A DNA stretch of 64,000 nucleotides from Gammaproteobacteria bacterium (GTDB taxonomy: Bacteria; Pseudomonadota; Gammaproteobacteria; Pseudomonadales; Azotimanducaceae). The notes below the pieces were generated by a model. It searched no databases, had not been told where the DNA came from, and saw only the letters and a list, made by a program, of their open reading frames with translations. Position 1 is the stretch's first letter, and each line of letters opens with the position of its first letter. Shown here piece after piece: positions 17,102-24,447 of this stretch. The DNA is taken from the NCBI GenBank assembly GCA_009837185.1, contig VXUA01000083.1, positions 56,371-120,370 of the forward strand. The letters are read 5' to 3'. The position numbers and the translations under genes were made by a program.

Positions 17102-18814
17102 ATTAACCTAAGGCAATTACTCACCGAATATCTCGACAAGAGTTTTACCAGTCTAGGAGTCGAGAACCCTAGTGCTCTCGTTTTTGCTACTGCCAATGAA
17201 GAATTTGGTGACTACCAGGCCAATGGTGCAATGGCGATTGCCAAAAAACTTGGTCGAAATCCTCAAAGCATCGCACAGGAAATTGTCGATCGCGAGCCAC
17301 TAGCCGATTTAAAAGCAAATTTAGATATCGGCGGGCCTGGTTTCATAAACATTCGCCTCGATGACGACTTCTTAGCAACCACTCTATCACAGTCGACGCT
17401 GTCTCAGCCTTTGGAGTGCGCAGAAACAATCGTCGTCGATTATTCTTCCCCGAACATTGCGAAGGAACTCCATGTAGGACATCTACGAAGTACTGTAATT
17501 GGTGACGCATTAGTACGTCTCTTTGAGTTCGTCGGACATAGGGTTATTCGACAAAACCATGTTGGTGATTGGGGTACGGCGTTCGGCAAACTAATCGCCT
17601 ACGTTAACTCGGATCAAGACTCTAGTAACCTTTCCATAGGTGGTATTGAAAAGCTGTATGTCGCCGCGAGTCAGGAATTTGATGCAAATCTCGACTTCGC
17701 CCAGAAGGCTCGGAATGAAGTTATCAAACTCCAACAACAAGATCCCGTTACACTCAAGACGTGGGAACATATCGTTCGTGCGTCGCTTGAAGACGTACAA
17801 CGCATTTACTCGGAACTTGACATTTCACTACAACTGTCGGATGTTCGTGGTGAAAGCTCGTATAACTCTGGATTACCTTCGGTAGTGAATGATCTTGAAA
17901 ATGCAGGCCTCATTGTGGAATCAGAAGGTGCGAAATGTGTATTCGTCAATGGTTTTCAACGCAAGGATGGCTCGCCACTTCCAATGATCGTCCAAAAATC
18001 TGACGGCGGTTACCTCTACCACACGACAGATTTAGCAGCCCTGAAGCACCGAACACAAGAGTTAGACGCTGATCGAATCATCTATCTCACAGACTCTAGG
18101 CAGATACACCACTTTCAAATTCTGTTCGCTGTTGGCAGACTTGTTGGCTACATTCCGAAAGAAGTTTCAACCGAACACCTTGTGTTTGGTTCAGTTCTGA
18201 ACAAAGACGGGGAACCATTCCGAACCCGCAGCGGCGACAATGTACTGTTGCGACAACTTATAGAAGAAGGCGTTGAACGTGCGTTGGATATCGTAAGTTC
18301 GAAGAGTGAGCATTTGACCAAAGATGAACAGCAACAAGTTGCCCGTCAAGTAGCTGTAGGTGCGATCAAGTATGCGGATTTATCGAAAAATCGCACAAAT
18401 GACTACCGATTTGATTGGGAAGTGATGCTTTCCCTTGATGGCAATACGGCTCCTTACCTTCAATACGCGCATGCGCGCATCTGTTCCATATTCACTCGTG
18501 CTAAAAAAGATGTGAGCGAGTTTCTTGAAGGAGAGATCGAGCTGCAACACCCGAGTGAGCGCTCGCTCGCGCTAAGGCTCTTAAGATTCGCTGAGACTCT
18601 GGAACAGTGTCTCGACGAACGTAAGCCTCACTATTTATGCAACTATCTTTACGAGTTAACGGTGCACTTTATGCGATTCTACGAGAACTGCCCAGTTCTT
18701 AAGGCGCAAACGCCAAAGTTGATGGATAGCAGACTTTGCCTTTGTGCTAAAACCGCGCAGGTTCTGCGGGTCGGACTGGAGAATTTAGGTATTTCGCTAC
18801 CGTTACGTATGTAA
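17102..18814 (+). CDS. argS: Arginyl-tRNA synthetase ArgS
   Basis: Motifs SSPNIAKELHVGHLRS and MSTR-like (FRTRSGD), plus the conserved N-terminal FGDYQANGAMAIAKKLG. This N-terminal domain lies upstream of the first ATG (17231), and there is no ATG, GTG or TTG between the in-frame TGA (17090-17092) and 17231. I place the start at ATT 17102, where INLRQLL aligns with E. coli MNIQALL. The exact start is uncertain. Confidence 0.85.
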   Translation: MNLRQLLTEYLDKSFTSLGVENPSALVFATANEEFGDYQANGAMAIAKKLGRNPQSIAQEIVDREPLADLKANLDIGGPGFINIRLDDDFLATTLSQSTLSQPLECAETIVVDYSSPNIAKELHVGHLRSTVIGDALVRLFEFVGHRVIRQNHVGDWGTAFGKLIAYVNSDQDSSNLSIGGIEKLYVAASQEFDANLDFAQKARNEVIKLQQQDPVTLKTWEHIVRASLEDVQRIYSELDISLQLSDVRGESSYNSGLPSVVNDLENAGLIVESEGAKCVFVNGFQRKDGSPLPMIVQKSDGGYLYHTTDLAALKHRTQELDADRIIYLTDSRQIHHFQILFAVGRLVGYIPKEVSTEHLVFGSVLNKDGEPFRTRSGDNVLLRQLIEEGVERALDIVSSKSEHLTKDEQQQVARQVAVGAIKYADLSKNRTNDYRFDWEVMLSLDGNTAPYLQYAHARICSIFTRAKKDVSEFLEGEIELQHPSERSLALRLLRFAETLEQCLDERKPHYLCNYLYELTVHFMRFYENCPVLKAQTPKLMDSRLCLCAKTAQVLRVGLENLGISLPLRM

Positions 18815-20008
18815 CGGTTTGACACTTTTTGGAACTGTATAGATCCTCAAGTCTCGCACAAATAAGCGCAAGTGTTCTAAGCCGGTTTCTTCGGCTTCTC
18901 GGCACCAAGTACGAAACTGCGCCAGCATTTCGTCCGCGTTCCCGCTTCGCTTAGCCAAAATAGCGATCAGCGATAGTCGTAACTCGTAGATACGTTTGAG
19001 TGCAGGACTTCTTTCGGTGATTTGATTGATGCGGTTCTTATCTCGTTCATGTAATACCACTTCATGTGCGTTCATTGCCTTTCTTCCGCGGCGCAGCAAC
19101 TTGCGGAAGTAACTGTCAGCACCTCGACGTTCTTGCTTAATCGTCGGATGAATGACCTGGCTTGCATAGGTCGACATTACTCGAAACCGGTCATTGATCA
19201 CGGCCCAAAGTGTATCCATATCTATCGAGGACTTTCCAGTAATCGTCGTGGCTACAGGTTGAGTGTGAACTGGTCGAGCAAGTTTGAAAAGACTGAGGAC
19301 GCGAATGTAGAACCACCCGATGTCGAACTCCCAAGGTTTCACAGCAAAGCGGGCTGAATTTGGGTAGGTGTGGTGATTGTTATGCAATTCCTCACCACAG
19401 ATAAATATTCCGATCGGGCAAATATTGCGAGAATTGTCTGGAGATTCAAAGTTGCGATAGCCGATCGCATGACCAATACCGTTTACCACTCCAGCACCCC
19501 AAAAAGGAGTCCAAATCATTTGTAAAGCCCAAACAACTACTCCAAGAATCCCGAATAGTGCGACATCGACAAGTAATAGACCAGCCACACCAAACCAGGT
19601 GAACTTTGAGTACACATTGCGTTCCACCCAATCATCGGGAGTTCCTTTACCATAGCGCTTTAACGTTTCTTCATCAATCGCGTCGCGGTAATATTCAACG
19701 CCTTGGAGAAGAATTGCACTCAAGCCGTGTATGACTGGACTATGAGGATCTTCATCCGTTTCTGTTTTTGCATGATGTTTGCGATGAACTGCAGTCCACT
19801 CCTTCGTGACCATGCCTGTAGTCATCCATAAGACAAAACGAAAGAAATGACTTACAGCGGGGTGCAAATCAAGTGACCGGTGGGCGGAATGTCGGTGTAA
19901 ATATAACGTGATTGCGATAAAAGTGACATGGGTAAAAACAAGAAAATATACCAATGCCCAAAGAGGCGAGAATCCGACAACGCCGAATGCCCAGTCAAAA
20001 TAATTCAC
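18803..20008 (-). CDS. Membrane acyl-CoA/acyl-lipid delta-9-type fatty-acid desaturase
   Basis: Three histidine boxes, HRHSAHR, HRKHHAKTE and HNNHHTYP, with N-terminal transmembrane helices. The 3' end overlaps the argS 3' end by 12 nt (convergent). Confidence 0.8.
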   Translation of the reverse strand: MNYFDWAFGVVGFSPLWALVYFLVFTHVTFIAITLYLHRHSAHRSLDLHPAVSHFFRFVLWMTTGMVTKEWTAVHRKHHAKTETDEDPHSPVIHGLSAILLQGVEYYRDAIDEETLKRYGKGTPDDWVERNVYSKFTWFGVAGLLLVDVALFGILGVVVWALQMIWTPFWGAGVVNGIGHAIGYRNFESPDNSRNICPIGIFICGEELHNNHHTYPNSARFAVKPWEFDIGWFYIRVLSLFKLARPVHTQPVATTITGKSSIDMDTLWAVINDRFRVMSTYASQVIHPTIKQERRGADSYFRKLLRRGRKAMNAHEVVLHERDKNRINQITERSPALKRIYELRLSLIAILAKRSGNADEMLAQFRTWCREAEETGLEHLRLFVRDLRIYTVPKSVKPLHT

Positions 20009-20215
20009 TAAATATGAAGCCTGCTGAGTAATGTAAAAATAAAGGTGAAATTGATCCCACTCATAGTAAACACACGAATGCTTGAGGGAACAACGAAATT
20101 GTATGGAAGAGCGAAGATAGAGTGCAGAGGGCGTTCCTAGAATGCATAGTTTAAAGTCCCAAACGCATACAGCGGAAGGTAGGGACGTAATCGAAAGCTC
20201 AAGTTTGGAGGAAGC

Positions 20216-20572
20216 ATGAAAGAGTCTAGATACACGGTAAAAATGTCAGTTGCGGCAGCACTTAGATTTCGCGTGATGTTTCATTTTTTTCGGTTCCTAC
20301 AGATAGTCATAGCACCAGTACTGCTTTATGTCATGCTGTTTTACAAGAATACACGTGAAATTCATAAGTTCGATCTACCATCAAATTGTCTATTTACCGC
20401 TATCGATCAAACACCTTGGTGGAACATACCACCCTACGGGTTGATTCTGGTGGGCTTTCTGTTGTACGGTGTCATTGTCTGGATCTTTCATGACAGAAAT
20501 AATGAAAGCGGAATCGTAAATCTTGTGAACAAAAACATAAACAGTGATGAATCGATCGAGGTCAAAATATAA
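20216..20572 (+). CDS. Small hypothetical membrane protein (two predicted transmembrane helices)
   Basis: 118-aa ORF with two hydrophobic segments. No recognisable family. It lies just outside the left island repeat. Confidence 0.35.
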   Translation: MKESRYTVKMSVAAALRFRVMFHFFRFLQIVIAPVLLYVMLFYKNTREIHKFDLPSNCLFTAIDQTPWWNIPPYGLILVGFLLYGVIVWIFHDRNNESGIVNLVNKNINSDESIEVKI

Positions 20573-20586
20573 CATTATCGCCTGGA

Positions 20587-20597
20587 AAACAGTACAT
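20587..20597 (+). repeat. Left copy of an exact 11-bp direct repeat (AAACAGTACAT) bounding the accessory island
   Basis: Identical 11-mer at 27500-27510. A third partial copy, AACAGTAC, is at 27516-27523. CCGATT follows within about 15 nt in both flanks. Confidence 0.4.
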
Positions 20598-20681
20598 CCG
20601 ATTGGCAGTTTTGTTAGGATTCAGTACTTCAAATGTAAAACGATGTCTCCTTCGTTAAGTAATCTAATCTGCGCAACTTAA

Positions 20682-21356
20682 TTATTGTTGCACTAGAACC
20701 GAGAGTGTCTCCAATCCCTTTTTTACAATCACCCGCTCAATGTGATTCTGAATATCGGGAACAGCGTAAACCACAGTGAGTTCGACTACTCTTTCACCTC
20801 TTCGACGTCGCGTTTTCCAATGTGAGTATTTATACTCTTGAATTCTTGTAAAGCTTGCGTCGTCGCGGCTATGAGGCATCGGTTTGGTACACCCACTATT
20901 TATAGGACACAACCAAATGTTTGAGAAGTGAGCGTCAATCAATGATCTCGTATTCACTTCTAATATCTCATGTTCTCGGAGATGGTATTCCCTCGATGTT
21001 GTCATTCGATGAAGTCGTTCCTCACTCAACCAAAAAAACACTTTTGAATTTAGTAAAGCATACCAATCAGACGGTGTGATGTGGGACGGTAGACAACGAT
21101 ACAGTCCTGAGTCGCTCATGGCTTTTTGATCACGAATTACGGCATCATACAATCCTGGAGAACTTATAGTCGTACTTGATGGGCGATGTTCACGTTCAAG
21201 TGCTTCTCGCTTTGCTCCTCTTACGTCGTATAGGTCTAAGAGAGCCGAAGTACTACGTAAACCGTGCTTTCTAATGGAAGGCCAGGAGTGTCTCTCCGCC
21301 ATATGGTAGAGGATTGGGGAATCCTCAAGAAGTTCCTCTAGCTCTTGACTGGTCAC
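20682..21356 (-). CDS. Candidate DarT-like ADP-ribosyltransferase-fold protein (putative toxin/effector; may correspond to the family annotated DUF7002)
   Basis: N-terminal ILYHMAERHSWPSIRKHGL resembles the DarT/DUF4433 motif (YH-x-T-x-x-NL-x-SIL-x-x-GL, with the NAD-binding His). KVFFWLS resembles the DarT YVPFYF strand. C-terminal GERVVELTVVYAVPDI resembles the catalytic-Glu strand (AEFLVYEAFP). It overlaps the upstream gene by 4 nt. Motif-level similarity from memory only. Confidence 0.45.
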   Translation of the reverse strand: MTSQELEELLEDSPILYHMAERHSWPSIRKHGLRSTSALLDLYDVRGAKREALEREHRPSSTTISSPGLYDAVIRDQKAMSDSGLYRCLPSHITPSDWYALLNSKVFFWLSEERLHRMTTSREYHLREHEILEVNTRSLIDAHFSNIWLCPINSGCTKPMPHSRDDASFTRIQEYKYSHWKTRRRRGERVVELTVVYAVPDIQNHIERVIVKKGLETLSVLVQQ

Positions 21357-22987
21357 CAGGTTCTCCTGTCAATAATATTGCGCCAACCAAACCCAGTAGA
21401 CAATAGCGACACGGGTCGACCTGACACTCTCTCAATTTCTTCAACAAATCGAATGGTCTCTTCACTGAGTTGTTCAAACCGGTATGCTCTTCTATTCTCA
21501 ACCCCTAAGTAGTCTACAAACGTCAGGGCAATGTCGGTTGGTCCGTTTAACTGTATGGAATCCTTGAACTGTTCCCAATCGAATTCGGCGATACGTCGAG
21601 ACCTCTTTGTTGTAGTTGTGGTCTCAGTTGCTCTAAGCTCTTCCAAATCAATCTTACTACGTTCGTTTAGCTCTTCAATGTTTATTTCATATTTCAATGG
21701 TCCTGAAGGTCCGGCGACACGAATAGGATATGTACGACACACCATCACTATGTTTCTAACATTTGAAGGAGCGATACCAGCGTCTGAAAGGCATCCAGCA
21801 ACAGTGGTGTCTCGTGAGGTAACATACGGATATTGACCATGATGTAGACTCAACGTGGTACCCTGTGTTCCTTCTAACAAAATTTTTTTGTTCCTAACGA
21901 ATGCTTCGGCTAGCACCTCCCGGGCACTTCCAATATAGGGTTTCAACGCGTTGATATCTCGTGCTAATGCGCGTATAGTGTGGTTTTCATATCCAGATCT
22001 CCCTGTCACTTTGTGTGCAGTAGCCACTCCGACACCTTGCGCAGTAGAACCGATGTTTGAAAAGTTCTCTTCTTCGTACTTGATGTCCTCTTCTTGTATA
22101 GTCATGGCTTGGTGATCGATTGTAAGACGGTCGACGGTCACCTTGTGCTGTGCGATCTCTTGGAGCAGTTTGGTCGGATTTATAACCATGCCTGGACCTA
22201 GGAGCAATTTCGCCTCCGGAGCGCGTTGAGTACCCGATGGTAAGTGAAAGTATTTTTCTGGCGTGGGTTCAGCGTATACTTGGTGGCCTGCGTTCGGTCC
22301 GCCAGTTCGAATTAATAGGTTGTATTCAGGAGAAAGATATCCGACTATGTTTCCCTTTCCTTCACTGCCGTATTGTCCACCCACCAGCACGTCCACGATG
22401 TTTGTGTTAGACCGAGGGTATAGATTTAGAAGCGCTGTCGCTCGGATGAGTACATCCTCTTTACTACATCTGTCTGTAGGTACGACCGTATCGGCAATAG
22501 TTGCTAGTTGTTCGACTTTACGTTCAGTTTGGTTCCGAATTGCATCTACATAGTTAGTATTCGTGTCAGAAGTACGATCGCGTTCGTGATAACGTTCTTC
22601 CAAAACATTTGAAGCCGCTGTCAAATGAATATGATGGACACAATTCCCGTACGCACTACGAATAGCTTCTACTTGACCGGAGTTTCTTACACAGTCCACT
22701 ACAAACAACCCACTGGGTACCACGGAATTACTTGTCGCGAAGTCAATTTCACGTTGTATGTGATGAGCTAACCATTGACCTCCATCCCTTCTGTCTAGAC
22801 GATCACCAGCGCGTTGAAGAGCTAATCTATTAGACTGAATACGTGGACTACGACTTTTAATGAAGTCTTTAGTTTTTAAAACTGTTGCACCATATTGGCT
22901 TTCCAATTCCTTAGAAAGGATGGACTTCCCAGAACATATGGGACCAGAAATGAGAACTATACGAAGGGCGTCATCTCGGTGGTTCAA
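21353..22987 (-). CDS. Fusion protein: N-terminal P-loop nucleotide-kinase-like domain plus C-terminal short (archaeal/PurZ-like) adenylosuccinate-synthetase-family domain
   Basis: Residues 1-190 carry Walker A LISGPICSGKS and a Walker-B-like FVVDCVR. Residues about 195-544 align with PurA landmarks. GGQYGSEGKGN corresponds to GDEGKGK, with the catalytic Asp replaced by Ser. GGPNAGH corresponds to GGHNAGH and IGSTAQGVG to IGTTGRGIG. LEGTQGTTLSLHHGQYPYVTSR corresponds to [22 protein letters not shown], and TTTTKRSRR to TTGRRRR. Confidence 0.75.
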   Translation of the reverse strand: MNHRDDALRIVLISGPICSGKSILSKELESQYGATVLKTKDFIKSRSPRIQSNRLALQRAGDRLDRRDGGQWLAHHIQREIDFATSNSVVPSGLFVVDCVRNSGQVEAIRSAYGNCVHHIHLTAASNVLEERYHERDRTSDTNTNYVDAIRNQTERKVEQLATIADTVVPTDRCSKEDVLIRATALLNLYPRSNTNIVDVLVGGQYGSEGKGNIVGYLSPEYNLLIRTGGPNAGHQVYAEPTPEKYFHLPSGTQRAPEAKLLLGPGMVINPTKLLQEIAQHKVTVDRLTIDHQAMTIQEEDIKYEEENFSNIGSTAQGVGVATAHKVTGRSGYENHTIRALARDINALKPYIGSAREVLAEAFVRNKKILLEGTQGTTLSLHHGQYPYVTSRDTTVAGCLSDAGIAPSNVRNIVMVCRTYPIRVAGPSGPLKYEINIEELNERSKIDLEELRATETTTTTKRSRRIAEFDWEQFKDSIQLNGPTDIALTFVDYLGVENRRAYRFEQLSEETIRFVEEIERVSGRPVSLLSTGFGWRNIIDRRTW

Positions 22988-24325
22988 TCAAAACAGCTCC
23001 ACTTTGGGCTTCGAAGGTGGAGAGTCGTACACGTTTACAGTCAGTCCCGCTCTAATAAGAGTGTCGTCCAATATTTCCTCAATTACTTCCCACTTTCCCT
23101 GTGCGCTACCCGTACCAATTCTCGGCATGTGGACACTTGCACCGTTTGTCAATGCAATCTCAGATAATGTGTCTAAACAGCATTCCAATGCAGCGTAGCG
23201 AATTCTGGGAAACATTGACTTTCCATATCCTTCTTGCGCGATTAAGCTCGCTATCGTGGTTTCTTCGTCTACCTTGGTTAGGATTACTTGACCCAACCGT
23301 TTGTCACGAGGAATAGCTCGAATCGCTAGCGAGAAATCACTCTCAGCATCAGGATACATTGATGCCATTTGTTTCGCAACACCTCCTCCCCATCGTCCTG
23401 CTTGATCGTTAACGAGTTGGCAGAGAATCCTCGGAGCATCTCCTCTTGGAGTCAGAACGTTGCCATGAAAATACTCGACTGATGCTAAAGAACTCGTAGT
23501 CGGTTGGAATCCAACAAGTGTAGCAACACGAGGATAGGTTCTTCCGGGATATGCTGGAATTCCAACGCACTCAATAAGACTCCTCGTACCTACAACCCAG
23601 CTTTCTTCGGCTCGATTAGTGTAACCAATGGCCGTGCATTGGGTTACGACACTCTCGTCGGGTACAGGTCGGTTTGATAAGTGGACAGCGGGGGCATTTC
23701 GAGACGCTACGAAATAGTCTATGCGGTAACTCCTTGATGTATCGCTATCACCTCTAGGAGACGCAAAGAACACTATGGTAGGCTGGGCAGAAACCTTTAC
23801 TAGTCGAATGAAAAAGGCCTCCACAGATACGTCGTAGGCACAACATTGTTGCATGAGATCTTCAATTGGTGCAATTTGGGTATTTGGTGTCAAACTTCCG
23901 ATGGGGAGAACAAATTCTGCGGCAGCTAAATTACAAAGCAACTCGAGCTGCCAGGTATCGTCGGAATCTCTGTCGCCGCTGCGATTACGGGTTCGGCAAT
24001 GCCAATCCGAAAACAACAAATGTGCAACTTCGTGTGCAATAGAAAATCGAACCCTAGCTCTAACTTGGTGGGGGTTAAATTCAATGATCGGTTGTGCCTC
24101 ACTCCCAATTAACCTTGCATCTGAAATACTAGAATTTGCTCTGATTTTTGCGTTTAGCATTTCCGCGATAAAGGTCGGATTGAAGGGAGGACCTTCCCAG
24201 CCTGTTTCTTGTGCTTTCAGAACCAAATCTTGTGATCTCTCCTTAATCTTGTGTATTGGATCAGCATTGCCAGCGAATGCGAGAACCGATTCGTTCGTCC
24301 AGTTTATATTGGAATCTTTATCCAT
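22988..24325 (-). CDS. Fusion protein: N-terminal ImmA/IrrE-type (COG2856/M78) zinc metalloprotease, an unassigned middle region, and a C-terminal TARG1/DarG-like macrodomain
   Basis: HEXXH within FSIAHEVAHLLFSD in an ImmA-like N-terminal context. The C-terminal sequence ILCQLVNDQAGRWGGGVAKQMASMY...VHMPRIGTGSAQGKWEVIEEIL...VNVYD parallels TARG1 ([23 protein letters not shown]...[25 protein letters not shown]...ITVYT). The stop abuts the next gene's start (22988/22987). Confidence 0.75.
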   Translation of the reverse strand: MDKDSNINWTNESVLAFAGNADPIHKIKERSQDLVLKAQETGWEGPPFNPTFIAEMLNAKIRANSSISDARLIGSEAQPIIEFNPHQVRARVRFSIAHEVAHLLFSDWHCRTRNRSGDRDSDDTWQLELLCNLAAAEFVLPIGSLTPNTQIAPIEDLMQQCCAYDVSVEAFFIRLVKVSAQPTIVFFASPRGDSDTSRSYRIDYFVASRNAPAVHLSNRPVPDESVVTQCTAIGYTNRAEESWVVGTRSLIECVGIPAYPGRTYPRVATLVGFQPTTSSLASVEYFHGNVLTPRGDAPRILCQLVNDQAGRWGGGVAKQMASMYPDAESDFSLAIRAIPRDKRLGQVILTKVDEETTIASLIAQEGYGKSMFPRIRYAALECCLDTLSEIALTNGASVHMPRIGTGSAQGKWEVIEEILDDTLIRAGLTVNVYDSPPSKPKVELF

Positions 24326-24447
24326 AAATTAACGTCTAATTCTAAAATGCACGTCCTACCTTTCATGATTCGACCAGTCTAGAGTCGTTTGGTCAGAACA
24401 ACTTTTGGAACTGACATGTGACAACTCCAGTAGTGAGCAGTTTCGGG

